A stretch of 64,000 nt of DNA, from NCBI GenBank assembly GCA_965248695.1, contig CBDFKD010000002.1, positions 3,264,001-3,328,000 on the forward strand, written 5' to 3'. Numbering within the stretch: position 1 is the first letter of the stretch; each line of letters starts with the position of its first letter. This stretch comes from Acidobacteriota bacterium (GTDB lineage Bacteria; Acidobacteriota; UBA890; WLXD01). Shown one piece after another: positions 29,106 to 39,282 of this stretch. The notes under the pieces are model-generated. The model was given only the letters and a program-made list of their open reading frames with translations. It was not told where the DNA came from and ran no database searches. The position numbers and the translations under genes are program-made.

Positions 29106-31849
29106 CGGTCGGCCGCGCGGCGAGCTCCCGGCTCGTCGAAGTTACGCTGGCCGTCCACGTCGCGGTCAATCCCCAGCCGAACTCCGGAACCTGACGGGAC
29201 GCAGGTGAAGGTGACCTCGCTCCCGGATGCCGCCAGGCGCTTGAGAGCCGCCAGGGTTAGCGGGTCATCGGCCGCTGAATCGGACAGGAATCGTTGGCGC
29301 GATGCGTCGTAGACCCAACCGCGCTCGACGCCGTCCTGCAATGACTTGGCGATCAGCTCGACAACGCCGGCGTCGGCCAGAGCCACGATGCTGGCTATGA
29401 GCTTCCGCTGACCGTTCGCACGACGGATCGTCGCCTGCCTGCCGACCGCCGCGTGCGTGTCGTTGCTCAGCGACCCCGGCGGCGTCGTCGCCGACGCCGG
29501 CAGGTCCGAGCCCGAGAAGGCGAGCATGAGCGCCACCAGATCAGCGACCTCCTGATCGCTCTGCACACCGAAGACCTCGGCGCTGATGAATCTCTCGACC
29601 GAGTCCACCGAGCCGTCGTGCAGAACGCCGAAGCCCGAACGGCTCAGCTTCTTGGCCGTGGTCATGCCGACCTTGTCGTAGAGCGTGCGCAGCTGCGGCA
29701 CCTTGAAGCCACGCTGCACGGAGGCGTCATTGCCGATCAGCGCCAGGTGCTGCTCGCCACGAGGACCGACCGGAATCGCTTCAAAGCTCAGATCGACGCG
29801 GCGGAATGGGGTTCCGGCGCCGGTCGGCAACGTGTGGCAGGTAGCGCAGGCAAGCCCGCCGTCGAGACCCCGCGTCAGGTCCTGGAACAACGTCAGTCCG
29901 CGGCGCGCATTGCCGGCGGGCAGTCGCTGGCCGGCACCCCCGAAGCGGCCCGTGCGGTAGTGCCCGTCCAGCACCAACCGGGGCGGCAGCGAGTTGTCGA
30001 TCTCGCGAAAGGGGTTGGGAGGGATGGAAATCGTCGCCAGGAAGTCCTCGAATTGCTGCATCTGCTTGCGGGTGAGCCGTTTGTTGTCGCCCAGCAGACC
30101 GACGAAGGCGTCGTTGAACTCCTCGATCCCGTCACGATCACCGCGCCAATGGTGCGGCTCCATGCCGATGATGTCCTGCAGGGTTTGCGTCGTCATCGGA
30201 CCCTTCATCGGATGCCAGGGCATGAACTCGTCGAGGGGGACGAGCGACGTGTTCTGGTCTTCGAGGGTCTTGAGACTACCGTCCGGAGCTCCGAGGTCCC
30301 ACGCCAGGCGGTCGGTACGGGCGTCGAGATGGCACGAGGCGCAGGCGACATGGCCGAGCCCCGATGTGGCGTGTGTGTCGTACAGGAAGGGGCGCCCCTT
30401 CTTGATCGCCGAAGGTGTCGGATCGAACAGGGCGACGCGCTGCGCCTGCCGGCCGGTCGGCGTATCGACTACCGAGATCGTTGCACTGAAGCGATTCAGC
30501 ACGTAGAGGCTCTCGCCGTCGAGATCCAGCGCCAGCCCCGTAGGCCCCTGACCGACCTCGACGGGGCTTCCGAGACGCGTACCCCCAGCATCGATACGAA
30601 CGAGGTTGTTGGAGCCCATACCGGCAACCCAGGCCTGGGTACCGTCGGCGCTCCAAACGATCGCGCGCGGGTCGCCGATGGAAAGCTCGCGCTGTCTTGT
30701 GGCAATCGTCGAAGTCGTGTAGTCGAGGTGCGGGTTGAGGTCGACGACCTGGGCAACTCGGCGGCCAGCACCGTCGATGATGGCGGCGTTGACGCGCAGG
30801 AAACGGCCATTGAGAACAGGCTCGAAACGCACCTCGTTGGTACCGTCGGTGCCCACGACGACGACATCGCCGCTCACCGGGTTGATCGCCAGCGCCATGT
30901 TGGCGTTCATCAACCGATCTACGTAGCTCACCTTCAAGCTCGTGGCGTCGATGATCGCCACGTCGCGGTCGATAACGTCCCACCCACGCGGACGGCCAGA
31001 GCGCTGCGAAAGCGACCCGCTGACCAGCTCCGTCCAGTCGCCGGCGTTGTCGTCAAGCCAGCGGCCGGTGTCGTTCTTCTTGACGATCATGGCCACCGGG
31101 GGCGGTGGCGGCAGGCCGCTGGCAATCCGCGGCTCGAAGGCACTACCGCTGTTGGGTGGTGGATTCTGCCCGTCGTAGGGACCCTCCGGGTCGCTGACCA
31201 CGTTGAGCGGGATCACACCGATACCGGACAGGTCGCCGTCGAGACCGCCGCCGAGTGACGTCGACCCGTTGCCGGACTCGAATACCGCCACATACACGGT
31301 GTCTCCATCCGGACTGACGGCCATGGCCCGAGGGTCTTCGGCATCGATCTCGATGACTCGGGGCTTGGCGTCGAGCTTCGTCGGGTTGAACACCAAGACG
31401 CGGTTCACCTGGGAACACGACACGAAAGCGCGCTCGGGGTTACCGGCAAAGACTACGTCGGTGGGCTCGTCGTCGACTTCTAGCGTCGCTCGCACGCGCA
31501 AGGTGGAGACGTCGATGATGCTGACGCTGTCCGAGATGTGGTTGACGACCCATGCTTCGTCGTCGGTTCGGAAGCGCACCGAGACCGGGTCGAGGCCGGC
31601 AAAGACGGAACCTCGAAGGACGGGCTTGCTGCCTGCCACATCGAAGATCTCGAGACGACTGGCGGCGGTATTGACTGCTGCCAGCGTGGTGCCGTCGGGG
31701 CTCAGATCGAGCGGATGGACGTGCGGCGATTCCCAGTTGACGAACGATCCCCGGTCGAGCGACCGGGCCCCTGGAGGTGCCAGCAGGATGAGCGCGAACA
31801 GCACCGCCAGCGCCAGGCCGACGGCGCCCACATGGTGGCGAGCCCGCAT
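29102..31849 (-). CDS. YVTN beta-propeller plus di-heme cytochrome c (bCcP/MauG superfamily-like) secreted protein
   Basis: Signal peptide; ESPHVHP, VVNHISDSVS propeller; two CXXCH (CASCH, CATCH); HWRGDR, FKVPQLR, LHDGS. Confidence 0.85.
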   Translation of the reverse strand: MRARHHVGAVGLALAVLFALILLAPPGARSLDRGSFVNWESPHVHPLDLSPDGTTLAAVNTAASRLEIFDVAGSKPVLRGSVFAGLDPVSVRFRTDDEAWVVNHISDSVSIIDVSTLRVRATLEVDDEPTDVVFAGNPERAFVSCSQVNRVLVFNPTKLDAKPRVIEIDAEDPRAMAVSPDGDTVYVAVFESGNGSTSLGGGLDGDLSGIGVIPLNVVSDPEGPYDGQNPPPNSGSAFEPRIASGLPPPPPVAMIVKKNDTGRWLDDNAGDWTELVSGSLSQRSGRPRGWDVIDRDVAIIDATSLKVSYVDRLMNANMALAINPVSGDVVVVGTDGTNEVRFEPVLNGRFLRVNAAIIDGAGRRVAQVVDLNPHLDYTTSTIATRQRELSIGDPRAIVWSADGTQAWVAGMGSNNLVRIDAGGTRLGSPVEVGQGPTGLALDLDGESLYVLNRFSATISVVDTPTGRQAQRVALFDPTPSAIKKGRPFLYDTHATSGLGHVACASCHLDARTDRLAWDLGAPDGSLKTLEDQNTSLVPLDEFMPWHPMKGPMTTQTLQDIIGMEPHHWRGDRDGIEEFNDAFVGLLGDNKRLTRKQMQQFEDFLATISIPPNPFREIDNSLPPRLVLDGHYRTGRFGGAGQRLPAGNARRGLTLFQDLTRGLDGGLACATCHTLPTGAGTPFRRVDLSFEAIPVGPRGEQHLALIGNDASVQRGFKVPQLRTLYDKVGMTTAKKLSRSGFGVLHDGSVDSVERFISAEVFGVQSDQEVADLVALMLAFSGSDLPASATTPPGSLSNDTHAAVGRQATIRRANGQRKLIASIVALADAGVVELIAKSLQDGVERGWVYDASRQRFLSDSAADDPLTLAALKRLAASGSEVTFTCVPSGSGVRLGIDRDVDGQRNFDEPGARRAADR

Positions 31850-31984
31850 GGTCGTCTTCTCGAATTCGGGGGATCGGGGAGGCTCGAACTGCGGCGACGG
31901 TACCATCTCGCGCCGATGCGACGCTGGCAGCTCAGCGCCCAGCGCCGCCCCCGACAAACCGTTTGACCGGTGCGCTGGCCTGAT

Positions 31985-33889
31985 CTACCAGAAGGTGATC
32001 TCGTCGACCTCGAACTCGAACGCGCCTTCACCGGCACCGGTGAACAGCACGCCCTGCAGACCGGCCGGATCGAGGCCGGCGAAGTCGCTGAAGGGGAGGC
32101 GCAGCCGTTGCCACTCTTCACCGGGCACAAAGCTGGTCATCGTCGGAATCTGGCCAAGGTTCTGGGCGAACAACATCACCATGTGGGTAGCGCCATCACC
32201 CCGAGCCCAGAACTCGATGCCCTCGTACTCCGACAGGTCCGCCGGCTGAAACTGCTGCGGGCCGGGGAACCACATCGGTCCGGCCCACGCCGAAGGCCCC
32301 GACGCTGCGATATTTCCGTTGACGCGTAGCGACCCGGAGGTGCCCGCCGCGCCGCCGTCCACCACCATCGTCTCCGCGGTGGAGCCGCCGCCAACCATCG
32401 AATCGGTTGAGACCATCCATCCGGAGCCGAAAGCGCTGTCCAGCTCGCCAGCATTGAAGCCGGCGACAAGTCCCGAGCCGACATCGGGGCGCGCCGCAGA
32501 CGCCGACGTTGCGGCCACCCCGTCACGGTAGCCGTCGCGGTCGGCGCGCACCCCGAACTTCCACACGCCAACGATGTCGCGCGTGGCGGTCACGTCGGTT
32601 GTGGGGTCGCCGCGCACGAGCAAGAGATCTGCGCGCAGCCCGGCGCGAACGCGGCCGCGATCGTCGAGCCCGAAGGCGTCCGCCGGTGCGGAGGTTGCCG
32701 CGACGAGCGCCTCGACCGGGCTCAAGCCGGCCTGCACCAGCAGGCCGAGCTCACGATGCATGCTCGCACCATGACCGGTACCGGGGTTGGGCGCGTCGGT
32801 GCCCGCCAGCACGCGGACGCCGGCCTGGTGCAAAGCAGCCACGGACTCCAGGCCATTGGCGAGGGCGCTGGTATTGAACACCCCCGCCGGAAACCCTGTT
32901 TCGAGCCCGGCGCGATCGCTGGCACTCAGGTAGGGGGCCAGCCGCGGGTCGGCAGCAAGCTCAGATCCGCCGGCCACGCCGGAGGCACTCTCGAGCACCG
33001 ACAGGGTGGGCGTCACGAACGCCGAATGGCGCTGCATCAGCTCCACGACGTCGGCTGTGGCCGGTTGGTCGTAGAACACGTGGACGATCCCGTCAGCGCC
33101 GAGCTCGACCACCGCCCTGGCATCCGCCACCGTGCCGACATGCACCACGGCGAGCAGATCGCGTGCGTGGGCCGCCTCGATGAGCGCCCCGATGGTGGGA
33201 AAATCGAGCGTGCTGAAGCGGTCAGATGAGGCATCGGTGCGAATGATCTTGAGGTAGTCGGATCCCTCGTCTACGCGCGCCTGCACGAATTCGTCCGCCT
33301 CCTCCGGGGTCGTGAGCGTCGGGATTTCCATGCCGTACTCGGTCCCGTGGCCTCCCGGCGCTGTTGCCAGGATGCCGGCGGAGAACAAGTCGGCGCGATC
33401 GAGAGCCTCCCCGTTGGCCTGCTCCCGACGCAGAACCGCGGCACCGTTGGGCTCGGTGAACATGTCGAGCTCGGTGGTCACACCGAGCATCAAGGCAGTT
33501 CGCAGCACGGGCCCGAAAACATGTGCGTGTGCGTCGATCATCCCGGGCATCAGGGTCATGCCCTCGCCCTCGATCACCTCGGCCGCGGGCGGCGCGGCAA
33601 CGTCGCCGCCGACGGCTGCCACCAGGCCGTCGCGGACCAGCACATCCGTCGTCGCTACGACGTTCTCGCCATCGAACAGGCGCACGCCGCGGAACAAGGT
33701 TGCGGTCACGGCAGAGCTGTCGACTTCGGCGATGGCGGCGACGCCAGCGCTGCCCACCAACCAGGCACGGCCACCCCGGCCCCGCAGCAGATCGAACGTC
33801 GCCATGGCTGCGAGGACAACAGCAAGGAAGATCCCCAGACGCATCAACGTATGATCCGTCGGGCGCGCGGTGGTCGTAGTCGGGGTCAT
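31985..33889 (-). CDS. Amidohydrolase with C-terminal CIA30/CBM11-like domain
   Basis: PGMIDAHAH, GGHGTEYG, AGTDAPNPG..HG, ADLLLVRGDP; C-terminal STDSMVGGGS...GIEFWARGDG...WQRLRLPFSDF. Confidence 0.88.
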   Translation of the reverse strand: MTPTTTTARPTDHTLMRLGIFLAVVLAAMATFDLLRGRGGRAWLVGSAGVAAIAEVDSSAVTATLFRGVRLFDGENVVATTDVLVRDGLVAAVGGDVAAPPAAEVIEGEGMTLMPGMIDAHAHVFGPVLRTALMLGVTTELDMFTEPNGAAVLRREQANGEALDRADLFSAGILATAPGGHGTEYGMEIPTLTTPEEADEFVQARVDEGSDYLKIIRTDASSDRFSTLDFPTIGALIEAAHARDLLAVVHVGTVADARAVVELGADGIVHVFYDQPATADVVELMQRHSAFVTPTLSVLESASGVAGGSELAADPRLAPYLSASDRAGLETGFPAGVFNTSALANGLESVAALHQAGVRVLAGTDAPNPGTGHGASMHRELGLLVQAGLSPVEALVAATSAPADAFGLDDRGRVRAGLRADLLLVRGDPTTDVTATRDIVGVWKFGVRADRDGYRDGVAATSASAARPDVGSGLVAGFNAGELDSAFGSGWMVSTDSMVGGGSTAETMVVDGGAAGTSGSLRVNGNIAASGPSAWAGPMWFPGPQQFQPADLSEYEGIEFWARGDGATHMVMLFAQNLGQIPTMTSFVPGEEWQRLRLPFSDFAGLDPAGLQGVLFTGAGEGAFEFEVDEITFW

Positions 33890-34168
33890 CGCTGCCTCTT
33901 GGAGGAGGACCGCACCCGGGCGACGAGTCCTTGCTCCGGGATCCCCACCCGGGTGCGTAACCTGACTTGAGCATCGATTATCGGAGCTATCGCATCACGG
34001 ACCAAGGGCCCACCGAGCGTATGGTCGCTGCAAACGGTGACCGGCCGCTGCCTCCCCGCCAATGGTCGAAGGGCGGCGGTGGTTTCCTTGCATCTGACCC
34101 CGAGAACTGACAACAAAGGGTCCGGAGCACGGCATACGGCTGGCTCCGAGATCCACACGGAGATTTGA

Positions 34169-34906
34169 GTGAGGCAGCGCGGTCCGGTGTGTTTGGCGGC
34201 GGGATTGGCGTTGGCCCTCAGCGTGACGCCGGCGCACGCTCAGACGCCGGGCAGCGTCCACAATCTGAGCTTTCAACCCGCCGACGACGGCCAGGGCTTC
34301 GTCATCCGTTGGGATGCGCCAGACGGGCAGACCGATGATGTCGCCGACGCTTGGAGCTATGAGGTGGAGGATCGTGGCGATGGCGCCTGGCGGTCCGTGC
34401 ACCGCGGACCAGAGACGCAGCTACGCGTGCTCCAGATGCGCATCGGTGCTTGCCGCATCCGGGTGCGTGCCATCGGTTATGGGACAACGGGACCGTGGAG
34501 CGAGGCAGACTGTACGGCACAGCCCGACGAGGCCACCATCGCCGCGGGCCCGACATGTCGCGCCGATACCACGGCAGTCTGTCTTCTCGGCAATCGATTC
34601 GCGGTACGCGTGCGATGGGGCGCGAGCCTCACCGCTGCGCAGCCGCTCGACGGCAAGGCCGCAGACGCGGAGCGCTCGTTCGCCTTCGGCGACGACAAGG
34701 TGGCCGTCACGGTTCGCATCCTCGACCTTTGCGAGCACAACGGTTTCTTCGGTGTGGAGTACACCACCCGTTCGCGCGCACCGTTTCGCCTCGAGGTGAC
34801 CGATACGCAGGCGGAGCAGGACAAGTCGTTTGCGGCACCAGCGGGGCGCGATCGCCCCCCCAAGGTGCGCTATTCGGAGGTGTTCTCCACCTGTAGCCGT
34901 GATTGA
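34169..34906 (+). CDS. Secreted FN3-like domain protein with Acidobacteria-type C-terminal domain
   Basis: Signal peptide AHA-Q; IRWDAP...YEVE...IRVRA..GPWS; CLLGNRFAVRVRW...ILDLCEHNG...LEVTDT. Confidence 0.7.
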   Translation: MRQRGPVCLAAGLALALSVTPAHAQTPGSVHNLSFQPADDGQGFVIRWDAPDGQTDDVADAWSYEVEDRGDGAWRSVHRGPETQLRVLQMRIGACRIRVRAIGYGTTGPWSEADCTAQPDEATIAAGPTCRADTTAVCLLGNRFAVRVRWGASLTAAQPLDGKAADAERSFAFGDDKVAVTVRILDLCEHNGFFGVEYTTRSRAPFRLEVTDTQAEQDKSFAAPAGRDRPPKVRYSEVFSTCSRD

Positions 34907-35006
34907 CGCCGCGTCGTGAGCGGGTCGAGCAATCGGCTCTGCTACAGTCGCCGCGGCAAGCGCCCGTATCGACAATCAAGAGCGTCCTTGATCGTGGAGG
35001 CTTTCG

Positions 35007-36275
35007 ATGACCGCCCGTTACGCACCACTACCGCCCGCTAGCAGCCCGGAGGCGCGCGAGTTGCTGGAGCGCTTCCGCGTTTCGTGCTCACGCTACGGTG
35101 TCGACCGCCGGCGCTTCATGCGACTGGTGGGCGCCGGTGCCGCCGGCGGGTTCCTGGCGGCGTGCGCGGCGCCCGACGACGATGCTACCCCGCCCGCAGC
35201 AGACGGCGACTCGCCGGCGAGCGTCTTCTTCAAGAACACCACCGACTTCATTCCTCACGGGGGGCGCAATCTCGAGGCGAGATTCGACCGCTTCGACTCC
35301 TTCCTGACCCCGGCCTCCGAGTTCTTCGTGCGCAACAACTCCTCCAGCATCGCCGTCGACGGTGACGGCTTCGCGCTACGCGTCGAAGGCCCCGGGGTCG
35401 ACAACCCGATCGATCTGACGCTCGCGCGGCTGCGCGCCATGCCGCGTCGCAGCGTTTTCGCCTATGTCGAATGCGGCGGCAACCAGCGGTCGTTCTTCGA
35501 GTTGCTGCTGGGACGCACGGCGACCGGAACGCAGTGGGGCCGCGGTGGCATCGGCATGGCGGAATGGGGCGGCGTACCTCTCGGGGAGGTACTACGGCTG
35601 GCCGGGCTGCGCGACAGCGCCGTAGACGTCCAGCTGATCGGGCTCGACGCAGACTCTCCGGAGCAGGGCTTTCGGCGGCCCATTCCGATCTCCAAAGCGC
35701 TTGATCCCGATACCGTCCTGGCCGACCGTATGAACGGTGCGTCGCTGCCCGCGGATCACGGCTACCCGCTGCGAGCCATCGTGCCCGGTTGGGTCGGAAG
35801 CACGAACATCAAGTGGCTCGGCCGCATCGTCGTATCTGACGAGAAAGTCTGGAGCCGCAACAACACTACCTCCTACGTATTGATCGGCGACGACTACCCG
35901 CCCGAGGGTGAGGCGCTGGGCCGGCCAGTGACCCTGCAATCGATCAAGAGCGCCCTGGCGCTGCCGTGGCCGGCGCGTCTGAGCCCCGGCGCGACGGTCG
36001 TTCGAGGCTTCGCACACTCGCCGCAGGCGCCGATCGCCGGGGTGGAGTGGAGTGTCGACGATGGGGCGACGTGGTATCCAGCGCGCCTGTCGGAACCGTT
36101 GATGCGCTACTCGTGGGCGCGCTTCGAGATCGATTGGGTAGCGACGAGCGGAGCCCATACGATGCTCACTCGCGCCACCGACGAGGAAGGAACCACCCAG
36201 CCCGACGCGATCCACTTCAACGAGAAGGGGTATCTGTTCAACCTGCCGCTGCCACACCCGATCTCGGTGGTATGA
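35007..36275 (+). CDS. Sulfite oxidase family molybdopterin oxidoreductase (SorA/SoxC-like), Tat-like signal
   Basis: DRRRFM twin-arginine, FFVRN, ECGGNQR Mo-ligand Cys, DHGYPLRAIVPGW, IKWL, dimerisation domain. Confidence 0.92.
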   Translation: MTARYAPLPPASSPEARELLERFRVSCSRYGVDRRRFMRLVGAGAAGGFLAACAAPDDDATPPAADGDSPASVFFKNTTDFIPHGGRNLEARFDRFDSFLTPASEFFVRNNSSSIAVDGDGFALRVEGPGVDNPIDLTLARLRAMPRRSVFAYVECGGNQRSFFELLLGRTATGTQWGRGGIGMAEWGGVPLGEVLRLAGLRDSAVDVQLIGLDADSPEQGFRRPIPISKALDPDTVLADRMNGASLPADHGYPLRAIVPGWVGSTNIKWLGRIVVSDEKVWSRNNTTSYVLIGDDYPPEGEALGRPVTLQSIKSALALPWPARLSPGATVVRGFAHSPQAPIAGVEWSVDDGATWYPARLSEPLMRYSWARFEIDWVATSGAHTMLTRATDEEGTTQPDAIHFNEKGYLFNLPLPHPISVV

Positions 36276-36646
36276 CCCGGTCGCGCCTGGCGACGGTGTT
36301 GTCCGTGCTGGTGGTGTGGGCGAGCGTTGCCCTCGTGGCCTGTGGGAGTGAGCCTCACGCCGACGTCGATCGAGGTAGCAAGCTGTACGCGCGTTACTGT
36401 TTCCAGTGCCACGACTCCGGAGAGGGCATCGGTTCGCGCCTGTCGCCGGCAGTATTGCGCAGCTATGGCACAGCAGCCGGTTTGTTCGACTACAACCGCA
36501 AGTTCATGCCGTACGCGGGCGAGGGCAGCCTGGCGGATCGCGACTACCTGGACATCACCGCCTACATGCTCGTGCAGCATGGTTTCAGCACGCCGGGGCT
36601 CGAGCTCACCCCTGAGCGGGCAACGAGCATCGATCTACGACGGTAG
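36272..36646 (+). CDS. Monoheme cytochrome c lipoprotein (partner of the sulfite oxidase)
   Basis: LVAC lipobox, CFQCH, distal MP motif; ATGA overlap with the upstream stop. Confidence 0.88.
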   Translation: MTRSRLATVLSVLVVWASVALVACGSEPHADVDRGSKLYARYCFQCHDSGEGIGSRLSPAVLRSYGTAAGLFDYNRKFMPYAGEGSLADRDYLDITAYMLVQHGFSTPGLELTPERATSIDLRR

Positions 36647-36709
36647 CCGGTAGCTGCGAAAAGGCTTCGGACTGCGCCGCCGCCCTCCCTACAATTCAGG
36701 TGGGAGGGT

Positions 36710-38359
36710 TTGTCTTTGGGCGCAACTGTGTCGTTCAGGCCGGCGCGAACAGCGCCGGCGGAGAGCCCGGCGCGGCAGCTTATAGGCCGCGGCCGCTCCG
36801 GCGTGGTGTACCGACAGGACGGCCCGGACGGCACCTTGGCAGTGAAGCTGTTTCTCGGCGACACGCTCGCCGATCTGGTGCATCGAGTTGCCTTCGGTGC
36901 CCCCAACCCCTACTCGTGGTCGGGTCCGGCGGTCCGTTGCGCCCTGTATCGTCGACGCATTCTCGCGGTGTTGGCGCGCTACTGGTTCGATGATCGGTTG
37001 CAGGTGGCGGACGCTACCCAGGTGATCTGGAACCAGACGGCGCGCGCCTGGGAGCTGCACACGCGCTTTGTCGACGGTTATCCAGCGGCGTTGCATCACC
37101 CGTTCTCGGGGGCACGCGACCACGAGCAGACCGAGCTTCGAGACGAGATCATGCACCCGCTACAGGATCACCTCGTGGACGCCGGCTTCGACGGGCTGGT
37201 CTGGCAAGCCGGCCGCGGCAATCCGGTAGCCGCCAACAACTTCCTGGTAGTCGAACGGCGCCGCGGGCGCCGCGCCGCGGGCGGCACGCGGTGGGCCTGG
37301 ATCGATCTCGAGTCCGGCGTACCAGCGCTTTTTCCAGCCGACCCGCGCCCGCTTTTCACCTTCTACCTTCCGCGTAGCTTCCAGCTTCGCCGCCCGCTGT
37401 TCGACGACGTCGACCCGAACCGACTGCTCGCGTACGTCGACGCTCATGCCGACGCGATCACCGCCGCCGTGGGCGCCAGCGGGGTTCCGCGGCTGCGACG
37501 ACGGGCCTGGCAGCTGCGCGATGCGCAGCACGAATGGAAATCACTGCCGCGACGCGACCGAGGTCTGCATTGCGCCATGGTGCGCGGTCGCGTCAGCGCC
37601 GCCGAAGCCCGGTGGTATCAGAAACATCCTCTGCGCTGGCACGCGTCGGAGCTGGCGCGCGCGACGCGGTCCGTCGCCTCGCGGGTCGGTGCCGGTATGC
37701 AGCGGTCGATCCGGTCGGTGCAAAGCATCGATGCGGCCCGGCTGGCGCACCGCGCCTGGCGCTTCGCTACGTCACAGCCCTATCGCGCCCGCGTCGGTCG
37801 TTTCTACGCGCTGGGTCGCGTGCGCCGGTGGACTCAGCGCGGGCAGCTGGGACGGCGCGAGGCCGCCTACCTCCGCCGGCTGTCATGCCACGAGCACTCC
37901 AGCTACCTGACAGATTTCGCCGTCCACTTGGCGCTGAAGCCGCCATGCAAGGCGGTAACGTGGCTGATACTGCCACTGCTGGCGCAGATGTCGATGTTGC
38001 CATTCTGGGCCGTACCGGTCGGGCTGCTTGTCGGCGGCAGCGTCACCCGGACGTCCTACACGGTCTTCCGTGCGCTGCAGGCGCGACTTGCCGGGATGCC
38101 GGCCCCCTGGATCGCTCTCGGTGTGGGGTTGCTGCCGATCGTCGGCTCGGCAGCCTATCCGGCCCAGATTCTCGCGGCAGGTCGGTCGGAACAGGGGAAG
38201 CTGGCCGGGTTGATCCTCTACGACACCCTCTCCTCGATTGGCCGGCGCGTGCCGATCTGGGGCGGGGAGGACACGGCCACCGAGCACGTCTTCAACCGCC
38301 TGGCCGATTGGGTCATCGACGATCGATCGGCGCTGCTGGCCGACTCGGGCGACAAGTAG
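36710..38359 (+). CDS. Hypothetical protein with protein-kinase-like N-terminal fold and C-terminal TM helices
   Basis: IGRGRSGVVY glycine loop, LAVKLF lysine, NNFL, WIDLESG; hydrophobic segments near the C-terminus; start uncertain. Confidence 0.6.
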   Translation: MSLGATVSFRPARTAPAESPARQLIGRGRSGVVYRQDGPDGTLAVKLFLGDTLADLVHRVAFGAPNPYSWSGPAVRCALYRRRILAVLARYWFDDRLQVADATQVIWNQTARAWELHTRFVDGYPAALHHPFSGARDHEQTELRDEIMHPLQDHLVDAGFDGLVWQAGRGNPVAANNFLVVERRRGRRAAGGTRWAWIDLESGVPALFPADPRPLFTFYLPRSFQLRRPLFDDVDPNRLLAYVDAHADAITAAVGASGVPRLRRRAWQLRDAQHEWKSLPRRDRGLHCAMVRGRVSAAEARWYQKHPLRWHASELARATRSVASRVGAGMQRSIRSVQSIDAARLAHRAWRFATSQPYRARVGRFYALGRVRRWTQRGQLGRREAAYLRRLSCHEHSSYLTDFAVHLALKPPCKAVTWLILPLLAQMSMLPFWAVPVGLLVGGSVTRTSYTVFRALQARLAGMPAPWIALGVGLLPIVGSAAYPAQILAAGRSEQGKLAGLILYDTLSSIGRRVPIWGGEDTATEHVFNRLADWVIDDRSALLADSGDK

Positions 38360-38388
38360 TCACCGGCGTCGACACGGGCGACCGGCTC

Positions 38389-39150
38389 TCAGGTGCGCAG
38401 ATACGACGCGCCGTTGGCGTCGATGATGCAACCGGTCAGATAGCCGATCCCATCGCTGGCCAGAAACGTCACCGCGCGAGCAATCTCGTCGGGCCGCGCG
38501 GCGCGATTCAGCGGGCTCTGCGCACGAATCGCACGCCCCGACTCACCCGCCAGGTGCGACACCGTCATGTCGGTCTCGACGAACCCGGGTGCCACCACGC
38601 CAACGAAGATCCCGTGCGGCGCGAGCTCCTGGGCCAGCGACTGGCTGAGCGCATTGAGCCCTGCTTTGCTGGCCCCGTAAGCGGGTCCGTGCGGCTCGCC
38701 ACGAAACGCGCCCCGCGAGGAGACGTTGATGATGCGACCCGAGCCTTGTTCCCTCATGTGTCGGGCGGCGCAGTACATCAGGTTGGCCGGGCCAAGCAGG
38801 TTGATGCCCAGCGTCCGCTCCCACGCCTGCTGCCAGGCGGAGTAGTCGACCTCGGCCGCTCGATGCAGCTCGTATATGCCGGCGTTGTTCACCAGCACGT
38901 CGATCCGACCCAGCTCCCCCACGGCCGCCGAGATGAGCCGCTCACACGCCTGTGGATCGGAAACATCAGCCTGCACGACGACATGGGGCCCGCCGGCGAG
39001 CCCTCCAGCCGTTTCCTCGGCGGCGTTTCGATTGGCGTGATAGTGCACCGCCACGCGGCCGCCCTGCGCGGCGAAACACTGTGCGACGGCACGTCCGATG
39101 CCGCGTGACGCGCCGGTCACTAGAATGTTGTGTCCGTCGAATTCCATCAC
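38389..39150 (-). CDS. Short-chain dehydrogenase/reductase (FabG-like)
   Basis: [26 protein letters not shown]. Confidence 0.95.
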   Translation of the reverse strand: MMEFDGHNILVTGASRGIGRAVAQCFAAQGGRVAVHYHANRNAAEETAGGLAGGPHVVVQADVSDPQACERLISAAVGELGRIDVLVNNAGIYELHRAAEVDYSAWQQAWERTLGINLLGPANLMYCAARHMREQGSGRIINVSSRGAFRGEPHGPAYGASKAGLNALSQSLAQELAPHGIFVGVVAPGFVETDMTVSHLAGESGRAIRAQSPLNRAARPDEIARAVTFLASDGIGYLTGCIIDANGASYLRT

Positions 39151-39282
39151 TCCTCCAAGGGTCGGTCGAGGGCTCAGTCAGGTTGCCGCCGGTGAGGCGT
39201 TCGGATGCCCATCGTACGGTGCTGGCCGACCGACCGGAACTCGGCGGCGGCAGTGCCGTACTCCGTAGCAAGGAGGTTGCAC

